Origin: a virus
Taxonomy: Duplodnaviria; Caudoviricetes
Virus record (IMG/VR): IMGVR_UViG_3300025357_000908
Coordinates: 58,737 to 122,736 of that record
DNA: 64,000 nt
Strand: one strand, 5' to 3'
Shown here: positions 19,784-29,413 of the stretch, piece by piece
Position numbering within the stretch: position 1 is the stretch's first letter
Layout of the letters: each line of letters starts with the position of its first letter
Notes under the pieces: model-generated
What the model saw: the letters and a program-made list of their open reading frames with translations, nothing else
Told to the model about the DNA's origin: nothing
Database searches by the model: none
Position numbers and translations under genes: made by a program

Positions 19784-20467
19784 ATGCAACTCTCCGATTT
19801 AGTAGGTATATTTCCTAATGCTTTAAGTACGAGTATGTGCGACAGATTACTTGATTGTTACGATAAAGCTATAGCAGGGGGTATTACACATGAAGGTACT
19901 ATAGGAAAAACCGCAGCGGTTACTAACAGAAATATAAAGGATAGTTTAGATTTTGATTTTTATAAAGCCCGTAAAATAATCCCTGATGCAGAGTCTCTAA
20001 CATTCACAATAAGGAACACACTCAATACTCACTTTAAGAAATATTTGCAAAGTCTTCCAAGACAAGATGAGTATGATAGCACTAAAACATTATATAATAG
20101 TGGGGGTTTTTGTTGGCCTATACTTCAAATACAAAGATATAAAAAAGGTGAAGGGCATTATAATGCGTGGCATCATGAAGGGGGTATATTGGGAAATATG
20201 CCCGGGGCAGGAGAAAGACTGTTTGCTTTTTTAACATATTTAGACGATGTTGAAGAAGGTGGTGAAACCGAATTTTTATACACCAATCAAAAAATTAAAC
20301 CAGAAAAAGGCAAAATGATAATCCATCCAGCTGGTTTTCCTTTTGTTCATAAAGGAAACCTTCCAGTGACTTCCGATAAAACAATCCTTATCACCTGGAT
20401 ATGTCAGATGCCCCCGCCCCCTGTGCTACATCCGCACGCAATGAAGCAATCTACTTATTTAGTTTAA
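19784..20467 (+). CDS. 2OG-Fe(II) oxygenase (prolyl-4-hydroxylase-like)
   Basis: IQRY, WHHE, YLDDVEEGGETEF, HKG..P....K. Confidence 0.88.
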   Translation: MQLSDLVGIFPNALSTSMCDRLLDCYDKAIAGGITHEGTIGKTAAVTNRNIKDSLDFDFYKARKIIPDAESLTFTIRNTLNTHFKKYLQSLPRQDEYDSTKTLYNSGGFCWPILQIQRYKKGEGHYNAWHHEGGILGNMPGAGERLFAFLTYLDDVEEGGETEFLYTNQKIKPEKGKMIIHPAGFPFVHKGNLPVTSDKTILITWICQMPPPPVLHPHAMKQSTYLV

Positions 20468-20877
20468 ATCTTTAAACTCTCAGGTTTGGTAGCGCGTATA
20501 TAAACCTCACCCCAAACTTCTAACTCACCCATAAGAGCTTGAAACTCTTTTTGAGATAATTTATCTAAGTCTGCTAACTTTGCATAAACTTCTTCTGCCA
20601 TTTTTTTGTAATGAGCATTAGCCTTATCACAATCTTTATCAGGAGCGTTTTCCATCTTTTCAGCTTCAGCATAAGGTTTAGCTTTAGCAGCAAAGTGAAT
20701 AGCTGTTAATGTAGCGAAACCACCTTTTTCTTTTGAATTGTGAGCAATCTTAGCAGCACCGGCAGCTCTCTTATCTAAGAACTGTTTAAGAGATTCTTCT
20801 GTAGTAGGATCAGGCTGAACACGTTTTTCTAACATTAATTGGTAGTGTTCTGCTAAAACTTTAAGCTGGCTATTCAT
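20464..20877 (-). CDS. Hypothetical protein, possible internal head protein
   Basis: N-terminal LKVLAEHY motif shared with other ORFs; upstream TAAGTA. Confidence 0.65.
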   Translation of the reverse strand: MNSQLKVLAEHYQLMLEKRVQPDPTTEESLKQFLDKRAAGAAKIAHNSKEKGGFATLTAIHFAAKAKPYAEAEKMENAPDKDCDKANAHYKKMAEEVYAKLADLDKLSQKEFQALMGELEVWGEVYIRATKPESLKI

Positions 20878-20920
20878 AGTAAATATCTTATATTACTTAT
20901 TGTTATTTGACATATTTTAT

Positions 20921-21303
20921 GGGCCTGTACCAGATTCGACTCTGTGACAGATGTATTAGAAGCAAGCAGGATTAGTAAATCCTTTATAAATTACTACAAA
21001 AACAAACGGCATTATTCAAAGCCTCAAGAACGCAGTCGCTTCTGTAATGGATTCATTCAATACAAGCGAAAGCTTCGCACTCGTAGCTGCTTAAGCTCGA
21101 TCGGTTGTAGTATAGATTCTCGCTATATATTATAATCGTCATTCAGCGAGACTGACTATTCAATGGTAGTAGAATAGCAGGAACACTACCAAACAACTTG
21201 TATATCAGCACTATGGGTATACATTTTATTAATAGTGCTAAGCTTGTAGAAACTGATAAGAACGTTACGGAACACAGGGGTGCAACTCCCCTCAGGTCCA
21301 CCA
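20921..21303 (+). ncRNA. ssrA: tmRNA
   Basis: 5' GGGCCTG..GATTCGAC; 3' T-arm AGGGG-TGCAACT-CCCCT and CAGGTCC-A-CCA; G3.U70 alanine identity pair; internal tag frame ending FALVAA* at 21094. Confidence 0.92.
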
Positions 21304-21311
21304 CTTTTTTC

Positions 21312-21386
21312 GCCCTCATAGGATAATGGTTAGTCTACCGCACTTTCACTGCGGGCATCCCGGTTCAAATCCGGGTGGGGGTACCA
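21312..21386 (+). tRNA. tRNA-Glu(TTC)
   Basis: Acceptor GCCCTCA/TGGGGGT, anticodon arm CCGCA-CTTTCAC-TGCGG, T-loop TTCAAAT, encoded CCA. Confidence 0.95.
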
Positions 21387-21430
21387 GTTTATTGCAGTAT
21401 TACCGGTAGTAAGTAAATAATAAAACTAAT

Positions 21431-22969
21431 ATGCATAAAGTAGTCATAGTTGGTGGTGGTACTGCTGGTATTATGTCAGCAGCAATAGTTAAATCAGCGT
21501 TTAAAGAAAACGTTGAAGTGACTTTAATTTATGACCATAAAAACCCGGGTATTGGAGTAGGGGAAAGCTTAACACCATCATTAAGAACGTTTATGCAACA
21601 AACAGGTCTCAAGGAAGGAGAGCTAATAAGAAATGTTAATGCTACAATTAAAATAGGTTTAAAATTTAAAAACTGGTTAAATGACGGCAAGTATTACTAT
21701 CATGGGTTTAGTCAAATTAGTGTAGCAGCGCATAATAATTTATCTGCAGCATACGCCATAGCTAATAATATATATGACATGGATAATATGTTTCCGAATT
21801 ATTATTTTGAAAACCATTTAGTCCCTAAACATACATCTTTTTTACCTAAACCCGCTGGAGCTATAGAAAACCCCGTACAAGCGGACATATTAAACAGTAC
21901 CACTTTACACTTAGATGCCACGTTACTGAGTTCTTTTTTAATAAGCAAATTTAAAAACAGTCTTAAAATTATCGATGATGTAGTTTTAGACGTAACCCTT
22001 AAAGATGAAAGCAATATTGCTGAGCTTATACTTAAAAATAACGGTAAAATTTCTGGAGATGTTTATATCGATGCAACAGGGTTCAGCCGGGTGTTAATGA
22101 AACGACTAAAAAACAAATGGAACGATATGTCTGATTGGTTACCTATTGATAAATTTATACCTAACCCTGTACCCACCACACACACTGAATTACAACCTTA
22201 TACAACTGCTGAGGCAACTGATAACGGGTGGATACTGCAAGTACCTTTACAAAATAGATGGGGTACTGGCTATTTATATAGTTCTCAGTTTACTTCTGAT
22301 GATGAAGCGTATGAAAAATTTGATAAGTGGTCTAAGTTGACATACGGTAAAAATATAAATAGCAACAAGTCACTGAGTTTTAAAAGTGGCTACTGGGAAG
22401 ACCAGTGGGTAGGTAATTGTTTAGTGGTAGGCTTAGCCAGCGGTTTTGCAGAGCCATTAGAAGCAACAAACATACATCATACTATTAATCAGATTAGTCA
22501 GTTCTGCAAATATTATAACCCTCCAATGTTAGAATGGGATCGAATACCTTATAATAAAATTCAAAAAATTTCATATGAAAACATTTATCTTTATTTGAGA
22601 TTCTGTTATACAACAGGAAGAACAGACTCTGAATTTTGGAAGTACATGACCAGTACCACACCTGTTATAGTAAAACATTTAGATGATAAATTAAAAAGCG
22701 GCTATTTAAACGTACTGGATAACGCAAGCGGTATTATGTTTAACGCTATTAATTTTACTTGTATAGGGCATGGTCTAAATAAGTTTAATGCTGATAAAGT
22801 AAAAGATGCACTTATAAAAAACGGTCAATACACTCGATCTGAAAATTTATACAAAAAGCTTATGCGGGCAAGAGACCTGGAAAAGAATAACGTTATTACC
22901 AGTAATAATTACATTGATGCCATCCGCGGTAGACGTGGAATAGATGGCAAGTATTTTAAAATACTATAG
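21431..22969 (+). CDS. Tryptophan halogenase-like flavoprotein
   Basis: GGGTAG, GVGES, ATIK.G..F.NW, DATGF, GWILQVPL, FAEPLEAT. Confidence 0.88.
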   Translation: MHKVVIVGGGTAGIMSAAIVKSAFKENVEVTLIYDHKNPGIGVGESLTPSLRTFMQQTGLKEGELIRNVNATIKIGLKFKNWLNDGKYYYHGFSQISVAAHNNLSAAYAIANNIYDMDNMFPNYYFENHLVPKHTSFLPKPAGAIENPVQADILNSTTLHLDATLLSSFLISKFKNSLKIIDDVVLDVTLKDESNIAELILKNNGKISGDVYIDATGFSRVLMKRLKNKWNDMSDWLPIDKFIPNPVPTTHTELQPYTTAEATDNGWILQVPLQNRWGTGYLYSSQFTSDDEAYEKFDKWSKLTYGKNINSNKSLSFKSGYWEDQWVGNCLVVGLASGFAEPLEATNIHHTINQISQFCKYYNPPMLEWDRIPYNKIQKISYENIYLYLRFCYTTGRTDSEFWKYMTSTTPVIVKHLDDKLKSGYLNVLDNASGIMFNAINFTCIGHGLNKFNADKVKDALIKNGQYTRSENLYKKLMRARDLEKNNVITSNNYIDAIRGRRGIDGKYFKIL

Positions 22970-23099
22970 AAGTGATAGTTTATTCCTATAGATTTTTCTT
23001 ATATTATATGAAAAAGCTTAACTAAGTATTTGTGCTGGTGACAACATCCAGCATAACAACCAAAGCCCCCGGGCGGCGGTTCTAAACAAAACAACACAT

Positions 23100-23285
23100 A
23101 TGCAAGCAATAATAATAACAAGTTATCTTGCTGTTGGTGGTCTTGTTAGACTCGCATACGAGGACTATAAGATAGGTAACAGTAAGGTAAAGTCAGAGTT
23201 CGTTGAAAGTGTTAAAAAGTTTTGGGTAGGGTTTAAAAAAGCTTGGAAAGAAGCTATTTCAGCCCCACATCAACATCTATTTTAA
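23100..23285 (+). CDS. Small protein with hydrophobic N-terminus
   Basis: 61-aa ORF flanked by a structured leader and a terminator. Confidence 0.55.
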   Translation: MQAIIITSYLAVGGLVRLAYEDYKIGNSKVKSEFVESVKKFWVGFKKAWKEAISAPHQHLF

Positions 23286-23306
23286 TGCTATATGTTAGAA
23301 TAATAA

Positions 23307-23343
23307 CGCCCGGTTTGGAGCAATCTGAACCGGGTTTCTTTTT
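23307..23343 (+). terminator. Rho-independent terminator
   Basis: CCCGGTTTGGA-GCAA-TCTGAACCGGG hairpin followed by a T-rich tract. Confidence 0.8.
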
Positions 23344-23383
23344 AATTGTAAAAACGTAAGATAGTTATAAATATTTATACTTT

Positions 23384-24613
23384 ATGAAAATATGTGTATT
23401 GGGGGGAGGTACAGTCGGGTCAATGACACTGCTAACTATATTTAGATATATTCCGTTCATTGATTTACGTCAATACCCTCAAGCTCATAAAGACGTTGAC
23501 GTTACATGTATATACGACTCGAATATACCGCACTTACAGGTTGGAGAAAGTGCATCCAGTATTGTAAACAAAACACTCAGTACAGTGTTTAACACCCCTG
23601 TAACGGAATTAATAAAAGAATTTGATGCTACAATTAAAACGGGTACGAGATATTTTTGGACTAAAGCTAATGGAAACGTATTTGATGTACAGGTATTATT
23701 AGATGATAAAACACCAGCAAAGAGCTTACATATCGATAGTAGTGAGTTCTCTAAATTTGTTATAAACAAACTAAAAACATGCAAATCAAATTTTACTACC
23801 ATAGATGATACAATAACCGATGTAACGCAAGATAGTAAATCAGTAAAGTTAAAAGGTAATAAAGGGCTATATGAATTTGATTTTTTAATTGATTGTAGAG
23901 GTACACCGTCAAAAGAAGATTTAGCTAATAAGGACATTTATACCCCACCCAAATTCGAATATGTAAATTCAGTTATACTGTATCCAGAGTATAAAACTTA
24001 TAACGAAAGCTATACATCAGTTCATGTACATGAAAATGGCTGGATGTTTGGTGTACCTTTAAGAAAACGAAAGGGATGGGGGTTTTTGTATAATAATAAT
24101 TTTTTAACTACCGAAGAAGCGATTAAACAATTTTCTACAATAAAAAATATTGATGCGTCTACTCTTAAAAGAATGACATGGAAGCCTTATTATAGAAACA
24201 AAGCATTAGATAATAAAATCCTGTATTTAGGTAGTAAATTATACTTCTTTGACCCGCACGGGGCATTACCATTACATTTTTATAATTCTATTGTTTCGTT
24301 CGTACTTAGAGGAGTACTTTTAAACGTACAAGACTATGATGAATTTGTTAAAAGTTCAAATACATGGTATTTAAAAAATTTACAGTCAATTCAGGATTTA
24401 ATCTCTATAAATTACTGTGGACCTAATGATATTAAAAGTGATTTTTGGGACTACGCTAAATCAAGTTCAACTAAATTTTTAAAAGAATCTACACATTTTA
24501 ATAATGCTATTAAAATGCATAAAAAAGGGTTATTAGCTGGTTACTGGGCATACCCTAAGGAATATTTTTATAGTATTATTAACGGATATAAAATAGATTT
24601 AAGTAATTTTTAA
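23384..24613 (+). CDS. Shorter tryptophan halogenase-like flavoprotein
   Basis: GGGTVG, VGES, DATIK, IDCRG, GWMFGVPL. Confidence 0.8.
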   Translation: MKICVLGGGTVGSMTLLTIFRYIPFIDLRQYPQAHKDVDVTCIYDSNIPHLQVGESASSIVNKTLSTVFNTPVTELIKEFDATIKTGTRYFWTKANGNVFDVQVLLDDKTPAKSLHIDSSEFSKFVINKLKTCKSNFTTIDDTITDVTQDSKSVKLKGNKGLYEFDFLIDCRGTPSKEDLANKDIYTPPKFEYVNSVILYPEYKTYNESYTSVHVHENGWMFGVPLRKRKGWGFLYNNNFLTTEEAIKQFSTIKNIDASTLKRMTWKPYYRNKALDNKILYLGSKLYFFDPHGALPLHFYNSIVSFVLRGVLLNVQDYDEFVKSSNTWYLKNLQSIQDLISINYCGPNDIKSDFWDYAKSSSTKFLKESTHFNNAIKMHKKGLLAGYWAYPKEYFYSIINGYKIDLSNF

Positions 24614-24620
24614 ACTATAC

Positions 24621-25256
24621 ATGAACAAATCAACATCAATAGATATTAATTATCTTTCGTATGCATGCGACTTACAAGGCAATTGTGCTTGGTCCTTAAA
24701 AGCAGGTAGTCCTGATATTAAGCAGGTACCTACGCCAACCGATAACAGTACTGCTTTTTTACCCGATAATCCTACTCAATATGCAAGTATTCTTAAACTT
24801 GCTGATAGAGCTAATATTACATTAAATGACTTAGTAGTTGCTCAAGGTAGTGAATGCACTGTAGACGTAAACAATAATGTAACTGCTACAGTTACTGGAA
24901 CATTTGGCAACCCCACACCCAATATTGGCAATCAGGTTTTTAGTGTAAAGGGTAATTGCAACGTTACCATTAATGGTACACTAAAAGGAGCAGGTAATAG
25001 AATGAATGCAGATATTCTTGTAGATAACTGGTCTGACCAGGACTATTCCGGTAGCACAGTCGATCTTACTAATGCTAAACACGAAACCGGTAGAAAGTTA
25101 AATGTAGTGTATCGTATTGGTTCAAGTAAGATAAAAGGTGATTGTAATAAACTTTTATTACCGTCAATTGGTTTAACAGCTTATTATTATCTTAAACTAT
25201 TAGTGCGTAAAGTAATGAGAATCAAGCAAGGACAGAAAGGCCCAAGTTTTTTGTAA
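24621..25256 (+). CDS. Hypothetical beta-rich protein
   Basis: N/T/V-rich, beta-helix-like; hydrophobic and basic C-terminus. Confidence 0.65.
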   Translation: MNKSTSIDINYLSYACDLQGNCAWSLKAGSPDIKQVPTPTDNSTAFLPDNPTQYASILKLADRANITLNDLVVAQGSECTVDVNNNVTATVTGTFGNPTPNIGNQVFSVKGNCNVTINGTLKGAGNRMNADILVDNWSDQDYSGSTVDLTNAKHETGRKLNVVYRIGSSKIKGDCNKLLLPSIGLTAYYYLKLLVRKVMRIKQGQKGPSFL

Positions 25257-25324
25257 AATCCTTTTACAAAAAAAAAAACTAATAAAAGTTGCTTTATTTT
25301 AGCAATAATATATAAATATAGAGT

Positions 25325-26065
25325 ATGAAGAAACTATTAACATTCCTCACATTAACCTTAATCGCAATCGTAGCAAAAGCTGCTCCAGTTAGCGGTGACT
25401 TAGACGTTGGATTTACTTCAAAGTTAATCCAACAAGGTCTATTAGTCGGTACTAACTACGCAACTGCTGGCGTTGGTACAAATGTATACGGCATTGATCT
25501 TGCTGTAACAGCATTTGACAAAGTTAGCTCTACAACCACGTACTCAACTGCTGTAGTTGCTGGTAAATCAGTAACAACTGCAACAACCGATGCTTCTGGT
25601 CTAAAACGCGTTTATCTTGATGCAGGCTATAAGTTCACGTCTCCTCTCGCTGACTTAACACTCGGTGCAGAATTAAGACATATTAGCTCGACTGAAACCA
25701 CAGGTGCTAATCACAACCTACTACCATTCGTTAAATTAAGTGGTAGTTGGTTCGGTGGCCATCTTAACTGGCAGGGTCGTGCACTTAACGATACAGTTAA
25801 TCGTAGCAACAATTATGAATTCGGTGTCAACACACCAATTAATACATTCGGTGCTCTTAAAGTTGTTCCAGCACTTGTTGTTGGCTTTAATGACCCAGGC
25901 GCTGCTACCATTGCTGCTCTTAAGAACGTTAAGAAGTATTATCAACCAGGTGTTGGTCTTGAGTTTCACGGCGTAACAGCAAATCTATTTGCTCAACGTA
26001 CTGACTTAACAAGCTCAGCTAACCAAATTACTGGTTATAACGTTGGTTATAAGTTCAAATTCTAA
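25325..26065 (+). CDS. Outer-membrane beta-barrel protein with signal peptide
   Basis: Sec signal MKKLL...AKA, alternating amphipathic strands, C-terminal beta-signal YNVGYKFKF. Confidence 0.85.
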   Translation: MKKLLTFLTLTLIAIVAKAAPVSGDLDVGFTSKLIQQGLLVGTNYATAGVGTNVYGIDLAVTAFDKVSSTTTYSTAVVAGKSVTTATTDASGLKRVYLDAGYKFTSPLADLTLGAELRHISSTETTGANHNLLPFVKLSGSWFGGHLNWQGRALNDTVNRSNNYEFGVNTPINTFGALKVVPALVVGFNDPGAATIAALKNVKKYYQPGVGLEFHGVTANLFAQRTDLTSSANQITGYNVGYKFKF

Positions 26066-26088
26066 GCTTAAATAAAGCTTAAACAATT

Positions 26089-26119
26089 AAATCTCTCACT
26101 TCTGTGAGAGATTTTTTTT
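26089..26119 (+). terminator. Rho-independent terminator after the OMP gene
   Basis: AAATCTCTCAC-TTCT-GTGAGAGATTT followed by a T-run. Confidence 0.85.
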
Positions 26120-26320
26120 GTGTTCTGAGATATGGAATTGCATTGCTCTGTTAAGCTTATGCAGAAATTTATCCGGTGCTATACCGGCTTTTTCTTGTAG
26201 AATTAATTCTTCTTTTAACACACTTAAAAACTTTTTAGAAAGATTAAAATCTCTCGGATAAAATATCCGTTTTTCTTGTCTTATCATGCCATAGCTTTCC
26301 ATTAATTCTTGAAATTTCAT
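26096..26320 (-). CDS. Hypothetical protein
   Basis: 74 aa, N-terminal MKFQELMESY, upstream TAAATA. Confidence 0.55.
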   Translation of the reverse strand: MKFQELMESYGMIRQEKRIFYPRDFNLSKKFLSVLKEELILQEKAGIAPDKFLHKLNRAMQFHISEHKKNLSQK

Positions 26321-26434
26321 AATAATTTAAATATATTTACTACATTTACATGATAGTTATATAATATTAGTTAATTAACAGGATATATTTGTTTTAAACT
26401 TGATTTAAACCGAATTTATAGTATTATTATATAA

Positions 26435-27154
26435 ATGAAAGCTGAAACAAGTACATCTTCCGAACAACTCGCTATTAATGCTCCTTTTAAAGGAGAAGTA
26501 CTCGGGTTTTTTCCTATACCGGTAGCTAAATGCAATCTCAGCAAATATTCTGTGTTCAATACAGCCGCTACACAGCTTAAATCCACGAAACTTAAAACAC
26601 ATAATCAAATTTCTTCAAAAAAATTAGCGCATGCGTTTAGTCAAGAAAACTATCTTTTAGAAAAAGAAGAATTTTTTAATATTAAAAATATTATTACTGA
26701 AAAGTGTACGCAGTATTTAAATCAAGTGCTAAATTTCGAAGGCATGGCAAAGGTCACTCAAAGCTGGGTGAATTGTAATGCTCCGGGTGATATAACCCAC
26801 ACCCACAATCATCCTAATTCAGTTGTTTCAGGTGTACTTTACCTGGAAACTGATAGTATCAACGGGAATATAACATTTTATAAACATGCTCAAGACAATG
26901 GTGCTGGCCATTCCTATTCTTTACTACCATCTATAATAGATAAACCTATTAACCCGTCTTTTTTTAAAGCTTTTGCTACAACACAACACACAGTTAATGT
27001 AGTTCCAGGGGATCTTGTCTTGTTTCCTTCTTATCTTTTACATTCAGTGCCTGTTAACAATAGCGCTACAGACAGATGGAGTTTAGCATTCAACTCAATA
27101 CCCACCCCACGTCTGGGAGCAAGTGAACATTTAACAGAATTAAAGCTAAACTAA
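26435..27154 (+). CDS. 2OG-Fe(II) oxygenase-like protein (TIGR02466 type)
   Basis: FFPIPV, QSWVN, HNHPNSVVSGVLY, LFPSYLLH, RWSLAFN. Confidence 0.88.
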   Translation: MKAETSTSSEQLAINAPFKGEVLGFFPIPVAKCNLSKYSVFNTAATQLKSTKLKTHNQISSKKLAHAFSQENYLLEKEEFFNIKNIITEKCTQYLNQVLNFEGMAKVTQSWVNCNAPGDITHTHNHPNSVVSGVLYLETDSINGNITFYKHAQDNGAGHSYSLLPSIIDKPINPSFFKAFATTQHTVNVVPGDLVLFPSYLLHSVPVNNSATDRWSLAFNSIPTPRLGASEHLTELKLN

Positions 27155-27197
27155 TTTTATACTTGAATAACAATAAAAATAACTTATAATATAATAT

Positions 27198-27686
27198 ATG
27201 TCAAAAGAAGAATACGTTAAACTACAAGCTGTTATTGCAGCTTTACAAAAAACCGTGGAAGACCAAGAAAAGATTAATGAAATTATTGATCTACTAAGCA
27301 ATAACACGGTTGCTGTAGACGAGTCTGCTTCACCTGAAGAAGCATTGCAGGAAGAAACAACGGATACAGATGAATCCGATGAACCTAAAGTAAAAAAACA
27401 ATACGTTATGCTTGTTTCTGATACAACCGGTATTATCGACAGAGATCTTACTGGGTGGGTTCTTCAGATGCCTGAAGATGAAGACGTAAGAGATGTAGTT
27501 GATTGTATAAAAAAGGGCGCATACAACTTTAATGCTTCGAAAAAAGGCCAAAAATACCCGGTTTCCTCAATAGGACAAGCGATCGCTAATGTTGGTAATA
27601 AGTTCTTTAAACCATATAACGTGAGTATTAAGACTAAAGAACCAATTCTTATCGTTACAACAAACAACATTCTACCTAAAGGTTGA
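27198..27686 (+). CDS. Hypothetical protein
   Basis: 162 aa; preceded by TTGAAT-N16-TATAAT (27163-27190). Confidence 0.7.
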   Translation: MSKEEYVKLQAVIAALQKTVEDQEKINEIIDLLSNNTVAVDESASPEEALQEETTDTDESDEPKVKKQYVMLVSDTTGIIDRDLTGWVLQMPEDEDVRDVVDCIKKGAYNFNASKKGQKYPVSSIGQAIANVGNKFFKPYNVSIKTKEPILIVTTNNILPKG

Positions 27687-27880
27687 TTATGTCTGGCAAA
27701 GGCAGTAAACCACGTCCTTTCTCGGTTTCTCAAGATACATACGGGGAAAATTGGGATAATATTTTTAAAAAAAAGCAACCTGACCATGATAAGCACATGG
27801 CTGCTACCGATTGGTCTCAAATGTTAGGAGAGCTACCCGAAGATTACAAAGAAAACAAGAAAAAACGCTCAAAAAACTAA
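27683..27880 (+). CDS. Small hypothetical protein
   Basis: GKGSKPRP...WDNIF motif of the kind seen in small phage proteins. Confidence 0.6.
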   Translation: MIMSGKGSKPRPFSVSQDTYGENWDNIFKKKQPDHDKHMAATDWSQMLGELPEDYKENKKKRSKN

Positions 27881-28722
27881 GCAGGAAGTATGAAACCGGA
27901 CGGGTCATAAACAGCTGGGCACTTAACCCACCCGTCACAGTATACATCTTTAGGGTTTAAGTCAAATAGTGCGTCTGGCCCAAACCAGACGCCTGGTATA
28001 ATTACCTTTTTTTCGGGATAATTTGAAAGATAAGCACCCCACCACGTAAAAGTTGAATTAGAAATAACGAAATTTTGACATAAAGACAGGAACCAGAGTG
28101 CTTTATGTCGTTCGTAGTTTATAAATACAGTATTAGGTAATTTAATATTTTCTCTACACCACTGTAGGTCGTCGCTAACTACAAAAATAGTATCTACTTT
28201 AGGTAACATTTCTGCTGCTTTGTGTATATAGCTTGCAGAAATAACTGGATGACGCCGTGGAAAGTTTAAAAAATCACCCCTTCTTACATTAATTACGGCA
28301 TTTGTTCCGTTTTTTAATTGCGGGTAGTCTTGATATGCCTGGTTAATAAACTCTTCTGTAGGGCCAAATAGCTCTTTTACCTCTTTTGCATAATCTTTAA
28401 AATATTTTTCACTTTCAAAATAACCTCTAAATACGGTTGGTTTAGAAGGGTGCGGAGTGTACTGGTTATAATGATATGTTGCGTGTATAGTGTGTACATT
28501 TTCACCAGGCTCAGGGGATTTATCCAATAAAAACTGTAGTTTTCTATGTACAGTATCATAATAGTCACTCACTGAAGTATCATGGCGGGGTAATACTAAC
28601 TGTCTTTTATGTCTTAACGATTGTGCATATACATTAGCTATTTGAAACATTTGATTGCCTAAACGACCAACCATATGACAGGTAACAAAATTGGGTTCAA
28701 ATTGAGAAGAATATGTACTCAT
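27877..28722 (-). CDS. Alpha-1,2-fucosyltransferase-like (GT11)
   Basis: GRLGNQMFQ, GYFESEKYF, NVRRGD, VSDD..WC, SNSTFTWWGAYL. Confidence 0.9.
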   Translation of the reverse strand: MSTYSSQFEPNFVTCHMVGRLGNQMFQIANVYAQSLRHKRQLVLPRHDTSVSDYYDTVHRKLQFLLDKSPEPGENVHTIHATYHYNQYTPHPSKPTVFRGYFESEKYFKDYAKEVKELFGPTEEFINQAYQDYPQLKNGTNAVINVRRGDFLNFPRRHPVISASYIHKAAEMLPKVDTIFVVSDDLQWCRENIKLPNTVFINYERHKALWFLSLCQNFVISNSTFTWWGAYLSNYPEKKVIIPGVWFGPDALFDLNPKDVYCDGWVKCPAVYDPSGFILPA

Positions 28723-29405
28723 TATACTTTAACAATATTTAATCTCTTATAAGACTCTTCCCAGTGAGTAATACCGGGAGCTCTACCATAAGCATCTAAA
28801 TCACTTGCACCATCTCTCTGTGCAACAGCTAATGGATACACAAAATACTTCTGTATATCTTTTTGTTGGCCTAACCACCCGTCAAGTACTGCATCCTTAG
28901 CTGGAGCATATCTTAGTAGTTTTTTAAAGGCTTTTTTATTATAACCAACAGCATGTGTAGTCAAAACAGTGTTAGCTTTAAGTAGGTTTTCTGAAACTTG
29001 CTGTACAGGGTTATCAAAAACATACCCTCCAAAATAAATCATATCCCAGTCCGGAAAATTTTGTAGTTGATCTAAAGCCTTTTCTACGATCTGTAAACCA
29101 GTCTCCGGTCCCTTATTATAAAACAGTATATCGTCTTCAAAGACTAATATACGCTCAAAGCCGCTTTGATCCATTTTTAAAAATAAATTATATAGTGACT
29201 CGCTAAACGCATAAAAAGATTTAACGAATTCTGGCTCATGAGCAGGAAGTACATAATTTTTTTCTTTAACGTCTATACATTTATGTCTTTCAAAAAAACC
29301 TTCGAGTCCAATCGCTTTAATATCTTTTTCAAGCTGGATTCTACGATCAGTTCGTCGATCGAGATTCATATAATATCCTTTTTGAAAAAATTCGTTAATT
29401 TTCAT
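28722..29405 (-). CDS. Glycosyltransferase family 25-like
   Basis: MNLDRRTDRR, LVFEDD, WDMIYFGG, TTHA. Confidence 0.82.
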   Translation of the reverse strand: MKINEFFQKGYYMNLDRRTDRRIQLEKDIKAIGLEGFFERHKCIDVKEKNYVLPAHEPEFVKSFYAFSESLYNLFLKMDQSGFERILVFEDDILFYNKGPETGLQIVEKALDQLQNFPDWDMIYFGGYVFDNPVQQVSENLLKANTVLTTHAVGYNKKAFKKLLRYAPAKDAVLDGWLGQQKDIQKYFVYPLAVAQRDGASDLDAYGRAPGITHWEESYKRLNIVKV

Positions 29406-29413
29406 TTATATTA

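Noticed and set aside
20944-21135. 63-aa ORF in the ORF track
   Set aside because: Lies inside the tmRNA; the meaningful reading frame is the tag frame 21008-21094
23033-23099. preQ1 riboswitch (GGTTCTA plus A-rich tail), attractive given queF
   Set aside because: No P1 stem closing the GGTTC loop, and not upstream of a que gene
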